DNA of 64,000 bases from Hamiltosporidium tvaerminnensis FI-OER-3-3 (Eukaryota; Fungi; Microsporidia), in contig JAKIMF020000001.1 in NCBI GenBank assembly GCA_022605425.2, forward strand, positions 1,240,001-1,304,000, written 5' to 3'. Each line of letters starts with the position of its first letter. The first letter of the stretch is position 1. The translations under genes were made by a program, and so were the position numbers. Below the pieces are notes generated by a model. It was given only the letters and a program-made list of their open reading frames with translations. It was not told where the DNA came from and searched no databases. Below are positions 25,431-38,089 of the stretch, in pieces.

Positions 25431-26339
25431 ATTTTCTGACAAAAAAAACTTTAGCCTCATTTAGTATTAATGCTATTTAAATTTTGTCTCATTATTTGAA
25501 ATTATAATTCAATCTGTATATCATAAATTACTGATTTGCTAGCAACTATACCTTACTTAGATACTTATTCCATTCCTAGTTTGCTTTTCGGTGTAGAGGA
25601 TGAACAACTGAAAATTTTCTATTTGTTTCTTTTGATATGTTTAAACTCGGAATTATAGGGGATCTGCCTATGAATCAGGTGTGGTTTATATCTCACTAAA
25701 ATATCAACATAATTTTCACACCAATTATAAGCATTCGTGGCATATCTGATGGTTTTTAATGTGGTTGTTCTCTCACCACCCTTGCAACTATATAATTTAT
25801 TTTAAATAAAGTCTGAGCTATAAAAAAATAATAATTTGTTTAGATTTAAAAAATTAAAATTCAATCTCGTTTGAATCAAAAACTTCAAAATTATTCATTT
25901 AAAACAAATTTTGGGTAGTTACTTACTCCTAAGCGTTAAATATTTTTACGGGGCTTAGCTTTCTAGCTATATTTCTTCATTATCTTCTATTCGCATTAAA
26001 CTTTTCTTTCACGGAAAAAAATGTCTGTTATATTTTTTTAACACCTACAAGTATATCATAGAAAAGCAAAAATTCATTATTTATATCATAGTAGAATATA
26101 TGTAATGAAAAAACGATAAAGTATCTCTTTGCTCTATCTATTCTTCATTATGAATCTATATTGTATTTTGATTATTTAAAGCTTCTCAGTTTTGTTTATA
26201 GAGAAGTCTAAACTAAAATTTTTCTTCCTAAATATAACCTAATAATTTTTTTAATATATTTTTTTTTGCTTAAATTTTACCTATTTAATAAAATATTATT
26301 GAATTGCACACACAAATTTTTTCATAAATTTCCCGTTGA

Positions 26340-27790
26340 AAACAATTGCAGTCCTTTAAATATTGATTTCCACCTCTTTAACCACCAAAAATTATTTTTC
26401 CAAATTCTACTTTTCTTTTATATCTCTCGTTAGTTTTTCTAGTGTGGTTCCATCATTTGAAATAGAGGTGTATTATTTTGTGTTTTAATATTTTTAACAT
26501 TATCTTCTCAATACTAGCTTATCTGAAAGAAAGTAGAGATTTTTTATACATTTTTGCTTTTTTAAAACATTTAATGACACTCGATTCTGGGTCTCATCAG
26601 CAGTTGGTTCCGACCCAGTGTTCTTCATTCTATAAAAGAAATTATTTGCACCGTCTTCTTCAGTACTATTTACTAATTGCATGCCTTTATTTCTGGGTAT
26701 TTGCAGTCTATTGACGTATTTCACGTGGTGTTTACAAATACAGTTCCTGGTCATCACATACGCGATTATATCAACACTAAATCGATAAATAAAACCCAAA
26801 TCATTGGATTGTAACCCAAATATACGGGTTGCCATTTAAACAACTAAATACAAATCTTTAATGTGATTCTAATCCCCCGTTTTAATATTATAGGATTTTT
26901 CATCTGAAATAAATATATCAAGTGTATAGTTCCGAATTTCGAAATCTGGTTTTACGTAAGTGTCCCCTCTTGGTTCCACATACTCACTTTAATAATTTCG
27001 TGAACTGGTGTGCCTTTTTATTAGTTTTGAGAAGCCAAATGTATGTGTGTTTAGAAGAAATTGAAGGCATCCAACCCTTCACTAAACGGTTTGATCTAGA
27101 CATCTTCGAGTATTTTCTCGCTTCCTGTCGCAAATTCCTCTAAGTTATTACTGGGCTTTCTGTTGCCAAATGTCTAGTGGTGAGGATATCGCAATTTAAT
27201 ATGAAGAGCCGGTTTCATCCCCAGTTAGTGCACTCTTATAATTCGTTCGAAAAGTTTGCGTGTGTCTGACAACTAAACTTATCAAAAGAAAATTGTATTT
27301 GGAACGCCTATAACTTGACGAACCTATTATTATTCGCTGGATTGAGCATCCGTGGGGAAGAAGCGATCTATTAGATAAATAAATTATCGGACTTATGGCT
27401 GTTTGATTCGTCTTCGTTCGCATACCAGAATACGTTTCTATCCTGAATATAGTAAACTTTGCTTGATATTTGAGCTTAATATTCTCTTTCTTTGGCCATT
27501 TTGGTTTTTATTTACACGTAATAATCTATTTCTTCTTGTATTATATAACTTGGAATGTTGTTTTATTTCTATATGGTTATATAATTTGCATGTGCTCTTT
27601 CTTAAAATTTTCTTGTGACTTCCCTTCCAAAGCTATGGTTTACTTTGATACGGCTCTTTTACCGGTGCATTATGCGTCTTTTTAATATTCTCAACCTTAT
27701 AGAATACTGCTTTTCGAGCTAATGTTTTTTTACTTTTTTTTGAGTACTTCATCAGTTTCAGAAGCGTGTTCCATTTTGCAACTAAAACAG
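26340..27790 (-). mobile_element. Decayed RLE element fragment
   Basis: Minus ORF 26500-26835 NDLGFIYRFSVDIIAYVMT...YVNRLQIP matches the element C-terminus; minus-strand caggatagaaacgtattctgg (QDRNVFW) near 27425-27445. Confidence 0.75.
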
Positions 27791-28199
27791 GCATAATTAC
27801 GATTTTCCATAAAATATTTTCGAGATGAAGATTAAAATATGGTATTAAGAGCTGTAATCTTAATGAGACACTTTCAAATGATGAATTATATAGGAATCAA
27901 TTTAGCATATCATACTGAAACATATGAAACTGTCATAGCAACTATTAAAACTAAAAAATACAAGAAATAAATTCTAAACATAAAATTTAAAACATATTCC
28001 TGATTATTACAAAAGATTCATTGATAAAAAAATGTTTGTAGGATTATACCCGAGAACGGATATAATATCACTTAAAATATATTCATACTAAAAGATTAAC
28101 ATATCCGAATAAAATTTTTGATTTTCAAATGTATAAAATATTTAATTATTTTCAAAGATAAGCAAGTCCTCAAAACGAATTAGAAGCCACTCACTTCAA

Positions 28200-28880
28200 G
28201 AAATTCGGGATAAAGAGTATGCAGAGATAAGTGTGAACACCGGAATAAAAACGGATCTCAAGATTTGTTGTAATAGAATCGACATATATATTTTCGACAA
28301 GAGACAGAATAATATAACACTCATTGATGTAGGAATCACACCCCAAGGACTCTCTTCAAATAGTTAAAACAGAGAAGCCTAGGAAATATGACCTGTTAGA
28401 AAATGGGAAGGGTCTTATATATAAATGCAGTGTAGAGATAATTCCTTATTTGATGACCTGGGACGGTATTGTGACAAAATATCATAAGCATATGTTAAAA
28501 GAATCACAAATACCTATAAATTTAGAGACATATATACTATCCATACCACTCGAGAAGAGGGTCGAAACAATTTCTTTTGATCGAAGATGAGGACTTGAGT
28601 CTGGCCCAAATGCTGAAATGGCTTAGAGAGCGCATCATTACGTAGTATTTCGGGAGCTGAGATGCATAAACAACCAACACCGCTTTAAAGCGCGTGAGTT
28701 CGGATGAATATGGTGGTAAATGTTGAAAAAACAAAACATATTGCACTTATTTTTTCAAAGGGAAGAACCGCGTTGAGAAACCGGTGATAAAAATAAAAAA
28801 AGCGTTGGATTTAGGCAAGATGATGAAGTAATCGAAATGGTGGAAGAAATTATTTACAGTACAATAACTTTTTAACAGAG
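28200..28880 (+). mobile_element. 5'-truncated, decayed RLE element copy
   Basis: gagtatgcagagataagtgtgaacaccggaataaaaac...gacaagagacagaat...ctcattgatgtaggaatcaca...tgatgacctgggacggtattgtgacaaaatatc is collinear with 36798-37300. Confidence 0.85.
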
Positions 28881-29739
28881 ATTTAAATTAAATACTGGCC
28901 TTTCAAACGATTTTAAAAGAGTATATGGCTGAATTTGTGTTTTCTAATTATAAAAATGAAGACTCCTTGCTATTTTGATTCCACGTTTAATTGAATTCAT
29001 TTCACGCAAATAAAAAATAATCATAAATTATGGATAAAAAGGAAATTTATAGTCTGCTGTAAATGTGAAAATTTAAAATTGACACAATTTGTGACCATAA
29101 ATTTTATATTATTGCATCTAGAGGTACTATTTTATTGTCAGTTGGTTTTTGTTTCTGTTTTGAATTTTATATTATGATCGTGGTAAGGAAGAAGCATAAT
29201 AAAATTTTAACAAAAACAAAACTAAGACAGCTTGTTAAATTATTGTTTTTTAATAAATTTCACGACCGTGTTCTATATTAAAGACACAAAGTTTTGATAA
29301 AACTCAAATATTTTCTTCCCGTGAACCTAAACACAGTTATTATATTATACAAATGAAATAAAAATCAAATGATAGAATATAAGAGCTCGAAAAATAGAAA
29401 CTTGATTACAAGCAAAAATAGGTTTATAGAGACGAAAACATGAGAATAAATAGATAAATCATGAGAGTTTGCAAGCTTTTTAACACTTGAAATATTATTG
29501 AATCACTTAAAATGTACAAAGTAAATCTTGTATTTGCCTTTGGTGCCAAAATAAGCCATTATAGTCTTCGTTCTGATTTCAAATCGTTGTATTCATAAAA
29601 ATAGTGCGACGTGAATAACCATATGCACTTTCTTTTTGGCAATAGTGTGTAGCATTGGGGCTAAATTATTCTTCAAGTTTTGATGTGTTATAAATCACAT
29701 TGGCAATATAAGAACCCATTCCTATAATACTGAATTACA

Positions 29740-30025
29740 ACAGATTTAAATAGACAAATAAAAATATAAAAGACTGGTTAAGAAACTAATGAACTGGCTT
29801 AAAAGGCGGATCATTACCTATCCTGTTTAATCTAAACATTCTGACCTGAAAATAGAGGAACATATGAATATTGAATTGATAAAATAAAACATACAGACTT
29901 CTCGTGGGAGAGGAATATGGCAGCATTAAATGCTTAGAGATGGAAAATCGATAAAATACGTGGACTTCTAATCCTTGGTCTTTAAACCGAGAACTAGAAA
30001 GAGAACTGAAATAAGTAAGTAAGTA
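29740..30025 (+). mobile_element. Possible decayed RTE-like remnant with (TAAG)n tail
   Basis: ggcttaaaaggcggatcattacctatcctgtttaatcta reads GLKGGSLPILFNL, similar to the RT GLRQG..LSPILFN motif; taagtaagtaagta at about 30012-30025. Confidence 0.3.
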
Positions 30026-31926
30026 TTTGTTGATATGGTTTCATAATAAACTCTAAAATGCTGATCCAACGTGTAATTATCTATTATTTTTCAATTCTTA
30101 GACTTTTATGGCTGTCATAGCAAAACGCATATTCTTCGAACAGGTTTTATGGGCTTTTCTAGCATTTTAAAAGTTGGCTTATGTATATCTTTTAATTGAA
30201 CATATGTGATGAAATCTTCGCATAGATTTTTTTGTAAATGTAATGCAATTAAAGTTTTTTAATAAATGATTATCATTATGATCTCCGGTTATTATATTCA
30301 TATAATTTTTGACTAGATGCTGATGTACTATAGAGTGGAGGTTTAAAAAGTTTTATTTTTATTATCTTATTATTTTTTTATTTTAAAAAACCTGTGTAAT
30401 AGCTATCATAAGAATATGTTTTCTAAGTTAGAAATACTCATCTGTTTACATATTTATTCTTAGTTTAATATTCTCATAGAAACTATTTATAATATTTATC
30501 ATGTTTTATTTTTAATCTCTTGTGCTAGAACTGTAAAAAATTAAAAAACATTTTTTTGAAAATATCTGATATTTTTATAGTATCTTCAAAATGAGAAAAT
30601 ATAAGTTTAATGTTTTTGAGTTTTGCCTTAATTACCTACTAAGTGATCTTATGTCACGTGCAACATGCTGCAAAATTTTATTTCTCTTTATATTAAGCTG
30701 TATTTTGTCTATGTGGTGTTTGTTTTCTTTTTCAAACATAGTTTTTTTCAATCTCAAAAAATGTTTGATGACATAAGTATTAGAAAAGAGAAATTTTATT
30801 TCAAACTTATAATTGATTTATTATCATCTATAATCAATAACAAAATTATTATATATTTAATCTGATAAATCAAACTAAGTGATTCTAAATATATCCTGAT
30901 CAAATTAAATTTACCGGTTATTAAATTTACTAAAAAGGAGTCATTTATAAAAAAATATATTTCATAATGCATTTTAAGCTTCAAATAAGTTCTTTTAATT
31001 TATTTTTTAAACATTTTTTATTTTAATTCGTTTAAACTGACTATTAAATTGTAAGTTAAAGCTAATTTAAATATAATTTGAATCAAGATTTAAATTTTGC
31101 TTAACATACAAATATTTATGAAGGAAATACTCAATAGATAGTAAATTAAAGATTTTTATAAGGATAAATAGAGAATTGATTGTATAGATATATGAAACAG
31201 ATGTCTAGAAAGTACTTAATTGCATTTTTGGTAAAATTATTAGCAACGCTTAGAAGTAAACATACATTTTGTTTATTTGTATCAAAACATATAATTCGAT
31301 TATATTAGTTGAATTTTAATTCTATATTTTAAAATTTTTATGTGATTTTAGATGTTTGATGAAATAAGATCAGAGTGTTTATTCCTTTAGAGCTCTTAAA
31401 AGAAATCCTTCCTACTAAAATAGAATAAAAATATTAAGTGCTCGTATAAAATTAAATAGAAGTCAAATATTAAATAATTTAAAGAAAACCAAGTTTAAGA
31501 TCTTTGAAATTTTAAAACTCTATAAAATACTAATCTTAAACAAGCATATTTTCATATTATTAGGTTCAATTTAATTCCATTTAAATATAATTTAAAAATT
31601 CCAAATTTAATGTTTAGTTTAGCTTTTTTTGATTATCAATGTTTCAAGAAGAAGATTGAAAATATCAAAAGAACATTAAAAGCCACATCTGAATTGATAA
31701 GTATAATATAAAAAATTTAAGTATTGACTAATATAGGAAATATTTAATCTTAAAAAAAGCTGGATATTCCTGATATTTAATTAAATAAAAGTTTAATTTA
31801 TATTAAAATTATTTAGGAAAGTAAAATTTCTTAGTGAACAAATTGAGATCAAATTTATAATCAATTTGTTTTCACTGCTGATTGTTTCCGAAAAAAAATA
31901 TTTAAACAAAAAAAAATGTAAACAAT

Positions 31927-33060
31927 ATGATAGGAAAAATAAAAATACAAGATGCTCTAAATAATTCAGCATATAGTGACGATTCATTAAACAAGACATT
32001 GCCATTTCAATCGGATGAATTAATTAGATTGTTTAATTCATTAGAAAAAGGTTCAATGATGAACAAAAAATTATTGCCAGTGCATAGGCATTTAAAGAAT
32101 CAGATGATAACCAAGACTGATGTGAGTGATAAATTAGCAGTCATATGTACAAAAATTGATGCTCTCGCAAATTTTAAGATTTTATTCTGTGAATTTGATT
32201 TAAAATATTTTGTTAGATCCAAAAACTCTATCAATAAATGCACTTCCATTGTAAAGATGGAAAATATTAGAGTGATAAATCAAAAAAACGTGCTGAAAAA
32301 ATATTGTAAAACTAGCTTGAGAGCACTTGAGTATAAAGAAACAATTCAATATTTTTATGATAAGTTAGAATATAATCAGCGAAAAAAAATTTCAAGTTAT
32401 TGTAGATTTAAGTTGTTAGAGAAGCCAAAAAAAAGATGTGATTGTTTTTTGGAAATGTTAAAAAATATTTTTTCATTAGGTAAAAATTCTAAGATAGATC
32501 AAAAAATACCGATAAATCCATTTATATATGAAATCGGAGAGCATTTATTGGCTAATGGTGTAGAGACTGAGGGCATATTTAGAATTTCAGGGAAGGCATC
32601 TGCCTATAGAACCGTTCCAAATGTCTTAAAGAACAACAAAAGATACAATTTAAATGACTTTTCAATCCATGATAATGCTTCCATATTTAAAGCCTATATT
32701 CGCGAAATACTTAACGGATTAATTCCAGAATACATTTGTGGCGAACTAATAGCGACAATCAAAGGGTTTCCATCTCACAAATCTTTATATAATCTCGTAT
32801 TTTATTCAAGATTTTGTTTTGACGAAGATGTACGAAAATTGATAATATTTTTAAAGAAAATGTTTATAACTATAGAAAAACATAGCAAATACAATAGAAT
32901 GACTTTCGAGAACCTTGTTAAAATTTTCACGCCTTCGCTTTTTCCTAACTATAAACATTTTGATATTACTACGATAAACACACAAATAGAGTTTATAGAC
33001 TCTTTATTAAGATCAGATTTGCACGAAGTTCCATTAGAAATAATGAATGATATAAAATGA
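31927..33060 (+). CDS. Rho GTPase-activating protein (C-terminal RhoGAP domain)
   Basis: Intact 377 aa; GVETEGIFRISG with the arginine finger, HDNASIFKAYIREI, NRMTFENLVKIFTPSL; AATAAA just after the stop. Confidence 0.92.
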   Translation: MIGKIKIQDALNNSAYSDDSLNKTLPFQSDELIRLFNSLEKGSMMNKKLLPVHRHLKNQMITKTDVSDKLAVICTKIDALANFKILFCEFDLKYFVRSKNSINKCTSIVKMENIRVINQKNVLKKYCKTSLRALEYKETIQYFYDKLEYNQRKKISSYCRFKLLEKPKKRCDCFLEMLKNIFSLGKNSKIDQKIPINPFIYEIGEHLLANGVETEGIFRISGKASAYRTVPNVLKNNKRYNLNDFSIHDNASIFKAYIREILNGLIPEYICGELIATIKGFPSHKSLYNLVFYSRFCFDEDVRKLIIFLKKMFITIEKHSKYNRMTFENLVKIFTPSLFPNYKHFDITTINTQIEFIDSLLRSDLHEVPLEIMNDIK

Positions 33061-33649
33061 AATTAATAAACTGACTATGTTTTCTATACTTTTATAATTT
33101 TTATTTTATTATACTAACAGGAATTTTTTAAATTATCAAACTTATCGTTGTTTTTAGCCATAAAATCGGCGTAAAATCTTTTATTTTTTCTAAACATAAA
33201 TATAAAATTTTTCGTTATTTAAATCAAATATAGGGGTAATAATAATCTATATAGGAACTGGATTGGAATAACGAATGAAGTCAATCTTTACTTTTAGCAT
33301 AAAATTAATCTATCCTAACAATTAATCACAAACTATATTTTAAAACGTTTAATATTTCACATCCTTTACTGAATATTTTTTTCACTATATTAAATAGATT
33401 TTATATAAATTATAAGTCAATATGATTGTAAAATAGGAGTATGAAATATAAATAGAATCAATTAATGGACATGTTTTATATCAAAAGAAACTTTTAAACC
33501 AGGTTTAACTCCTAGTTTTTTTATATAAATCTAAATTAATGATGTATAAAGCATAACCATCGTTCCTTCTTTTAAAGTAAGTATTTTTAAAAATGAAAAT
33601 TTATATTTAGAACCAATCTAAATATATTTTCTAAGCCATAATTTTTTCC

Positions 33650-36600
33650 ATTAGGTTATTTTATGAAAAAATAATATATAAAATACAGAAAAAAATAATA
33701 TAGGAGAAGAAAAAAAGTTGACCGCGAAAATATAAAAAATGAAGAAATAAAGGCTGTGAACAACTCGGAAATTCGTTTAAAAGAGACAAAAACGTATGAT
33801 AGAGCTGTAATGACTATATCCGAGACACTTCCACCACAACCGACCATCCATAATAACACCTACTCCCCAAATAGCAATACTTTTCGGGTTACTCAGTTCT
33901 GCCTGCTCGATTCAACACTCCCGTCTTCCTGTCCCGATCCTTCTGCGTGTAGACCAGCCAACACAATGGAAAACCTTAATGCACCTGCCATTCCAGAAGG
34001 AAATCGACTGATGCATTGCATTCAATACTTGACTCCGTCACAACCGTAGAGCAGGAATAAGCTAGATCTGCTATTCTAGCAGTGCAAAAGAGGTTTGAGA
34101 GAATGCCTAGAAATAGCTGGTCTGCAATTCTTAGGTACTATAATGGAAAATTTGGTCAGACTGTTGATATCGATGTGTTAAAAAAAATAACACATAATGA
34201 GGCAGAAGGGGAAATAAGGCAAGAAGAGAATGGAGAGCGACGTAGAATCGTCGCTTGTCTCACCGCACCATGTTCCTTAACTGACACTACACTCTATATG
34301 AACCTGAGAAAAAAATTCTTGTGTAAAATCAAGAAACTCTCTGAGAAGGAAATCGGAGATGTAGTAGTCCGAACTAGAAAACTTCCAAATGAATTAGTTG
34401 ATAGTAAAGTTTTGGAACTCATAAATCGGATCACAGGTGAATATGCTAAATTTCATGTGCCTAAGAATGTTAGTGATGCAGCTCGAATCATCCAGGGGGC
34501 CCAGGTATGCTATGACGAGGAAACGCGTAAGGAGAAGCCTAGATCTGCTTGGAAGGAAAACATAGAAAGTAAAATTTCTAAGTTAGTACTTTCCAAAGAT
34601 CTAATCGAGAAGGCTCGTAAACCGGAAAAGCTCTCTACTTCGGAAACGAAAAGTCTCAGAAAAATTATGCGAGAGTTTAATCTAGACTTAAGCAAAGTAA
34701 ATGATCTCTCTGAGGCTTTGGTTAAGAAGAATGAGGCTTAATGTGTACGAGAAAAAAATTACGATGTATGAAAGGCGGAGGAAATTTCGAAAAGAGAATC
34801 GTATGTTTGAGTTATTCTGAGGTCGATTCTATCGAGGGCTATCTGAGCGCGTTGAATCTGAGCATGTGGTTTATCGTGACGAAATTTCAGAATTTTGGTC
34901 TACAATGTGGAACAAAAATGATAAAGTAGTTACATATGATGAGTACTTGATACCTTTCGTGTCAGATACGCAACAGACCACGTTTACTTCACTTGAAGAG
35001 TTTATAGATATTATCAATTGGCTGCCTAACTGGAAAGCCGCTGGAATTGATGGTATTTATAACTTTTACATCAAGAAACTTACGAGCCTTCATAAATATC
35101 TTTACGATATTGTGAAAGCTATATGTTTAGAAGGAACGTTTCAAGCCGATTGGTATTATTGTGGACTTACTTATCTGATACCTAAAGGTACACCAAAGAC
35201 TGGCTCTGATTACAGGCCAATAACCTGTATGTCAAACCTGTATAAACTGACTACAAAATGTGTTACTAAAGTGGTACAGGTTGAGGTGAAAAGACGAGGA
35301 TTACTTTCTGATAATCAGTTGGGGCAGTTAGAGGAGTGCAGGGAGCAAAAAAACAGGCTCTATTGAAGTTGCCATAAATAAAGAGTATGTAAACAATCTT
35401 AAGGCAACAATAAATTGATGTCAAAAAAGCTTATGATTCAATAGATCATGCTTATTTGACCTAATGTATTGAAACCCTTAATTTACCTGATTGGATCCTG
35501 AAATTTTTTAAGGTAATTATATCAAAATGGAAAATTGATATATCAATAGGGCCTGAAAAAATCATGAGCAAGAAGATTGATAGAGGGATTCTGCAAGGAG
35601 TTAGTTTTTCACCATTATTGTTTGTGTTGTGTATGGATCCATTGAGCCGAAAGCTTAATGAAAAATACACAAAAGTGACAGTACAAACAGATGCAGAATC
35701 TCATTCTACCAATCATCTCTTGTTTATTGATGATATTAAGCTCCTTGCTAAATTTGGCCAAACATTAGAAGAAATGACGGAGGAAATTAAAAAGTTTATG
35801 AATAATATAGGATTAGAAATCAACAAAGAGAAGTCAACCACTAATGATCCATGTTGTGAAGATACTGCTACTCTTCTTGAAGGAATAGGTGTTTATAAAT
35901 ACCTTGGAATTATAGCAGATAGCAGAGGAATTCCAACAAGTAAGTCGTTTGAGGAAGTACAGACTAAACTTAGGACACGAGTAGAAAGACTTTGTCGGAC
36001 GAGATTTAATGCAAGAAAAAAATTTTCAAGCCATTAAACAACATGCAATTTCTTTACTAAACTATCATATAGGTGTATTCCGACTAGAACTGGCTGACTT
36101 CTCTAAGTTAGATTATGCGGTACGTGCAGTGTTAGTAAATAACAAAATACATCTACGCCCAGGATGCAAAGAACGTCTATACCTTCCACGTAAAGAACTT
36201 GGAAGAGGTTTACATAGTGTCGAGTTCAAAAGCGAACATATACTTTTGCAACTCTTGGATTGTCTGGAAAAACATAAAGATACATCGACCAGAAGAGCAG
36301 CAATCCTAAAGGTTGAAAATAATAATAAAACCCACCTTTCACTAATTAAAAACTTTTTAAAAATAAAATACGGGTTTGAAGAGGAACTCACAAAGAAGAA
36401 ATTGGAAGAAGCTCAACTAGCTAACCTATATAACGAAATCAAAAACCGAAAACTACATTCAAAGTCATATAGTGCTAGAAATAACGAGCTGGTAATTATA
36501 AATGACTGCTCAAGATGGTTAAAGAAAGGAAGTGTAAGACCACGTGATGAAGCAGTGTTCTGTTATATCCAGGATAGAAATGTATTCTGGGGTGCAGAAG

Positions 36601-37480
36601 GTATGTGTCAACACTGCAACACGTCTAGAAAAACAGTAGACCATTTAGCAACGAGATGTGAAAAAATGCTTGGTCATGACTATACTAGACGACTTAATGA
36701 AGTGGTACGATCTGTACATTTACTCTTCCTGAATAAATATAAGTTTAAGTCTTCGAAACGAATTAGAAGCTACTCAGTTCAAGAAATTCTTGATAACGAA
36801 TATGCAGAGATAAGAGTGGACACCAGAATAAAAACTGATGTCAAGATTCGGTGTAACAGACCAGATATATTTATCTTAGACAAGAGACAGAATATATAAC
36901 ACTCATTTATGTAGGAATCACATCCTAAGACTCTCTTCAAATAGTTGAAACAGAGAAGCTTAGGAAGTATGACCTATTAGCAAATGAGTTAGGTCTTATT
37001 TATAAATGTAGTGTAGAGAAATTCCTTATGTGATGACATGGGATGGTATTGTGACAAAATACCATAAGACGTATGTTAAAAGACTGCAAATACCCATAAA
37101 TGTAGAGGCAAATATACTATCCATACCACTCGAGAAGAGGATCGAAACAATTTCTTTTGATCGACGAAGAGGGCTTGAGTCTGGACCAAATGCCGAACAG
37201 AACCGGGGAAGAGAATCATTAAGTGTTGTTTTAGGAGCTGAGATGCATGAACAATCAACACCCCCGTTAAAGCAAGTAGTCAACGAGAAAGATGATGTTA
37301 AAAGGGAAAATACAAAAAATATTTACCCCGTATTTTGGATGGCATAACCACAGCAAAGGAACCAACAACTAATACAAAGGAAGAGTTGGAGGGGGAGGGG
37401 GAGATAGAAATGGTTGAAATGGTGTAAAGAATTATTTTAAAGAGAAAAACTTGTTAACTCCTAAAATTTTATTTAATAAA
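33650..37480 (+). mobile_element. Near full-length, inactivated single-ORF non-LTR retrotransposon with RT and restriction-like endonuclease (R4/Dong-like)
   Basis: RT motifs NWKAAGIDGI, DYRPITCM, IDVKKAYDS, RGILQG, LLFIDDIKL, YKYLG; CCHC knuckle CQHC...DHLATRC; RLE motifs RPDI...VGIT...KYDLL. Split by several frameshifts and stops. Ends approximate. Confidence 0.93.
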
Positions 37481-38089
37481 ATATAGAATATAATACACCC
37501 TTTATTAAACATTTTACAACTAAAAATATCTAAAATTAAATTCTTAAATGAAATTTTTATTAGAAATGTAAACTTAATTGCTTGTAAATAAAAACCATTT
37601 ATTTCTAAAATATATATAAAATTATTTTCAGAATTTTAGTCTTCATAAAATGATTTAATTATGTATTTATATTGGTAGTATATTCTCATAGCATTATATT
37701 TCTAGAAATTATTTTGATTTTCAAAAAATATAAAGTTTGTTTCAATAGATATAAATTTATTTTTAACTTAAAGAATTCGATGTGCCAACTGTTAACAAAT
37801 ATTTTATTTCTTATTTGCCTACTTTTTTTCTATTTCTACTTTATAACTCGAAGCCGAAGAATAAAAAATAGAAGTTTCCATTTGTATCTTATAATCTTTA
37901 TTACTTTTAATTAAAAAAATTGATGTATATAGAGTGTAGTTTTCATTCCTCAAAATTAGCAACAATTCTTTTAAACGATTCTACAATTTTACGGAAAAAC
38001 TGAAAATTTTAATTATCTTTGTTCTATTAATATTTCAATGTTGTCAGTTAAATTTAATAAATATTAATAATTATGATTCGTAATAATAG

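Noticed and set aside
29805-29820. GGATCATTA resembling the SSU rRNA 3' end
   Set aside because: Isolated 9-mer with no rRNA context; better explained as an RT remnant
269-31800. Numerous 60-110 aa F/I/L/K-rich ORFs (e.g. 269, 2046, 7174, 7869, 8300, 13126, 21428, 30591)
   Set aside because: Expected by chance in very AT-rich DNA or TE debris; many have non-ATG starts and none show motifs
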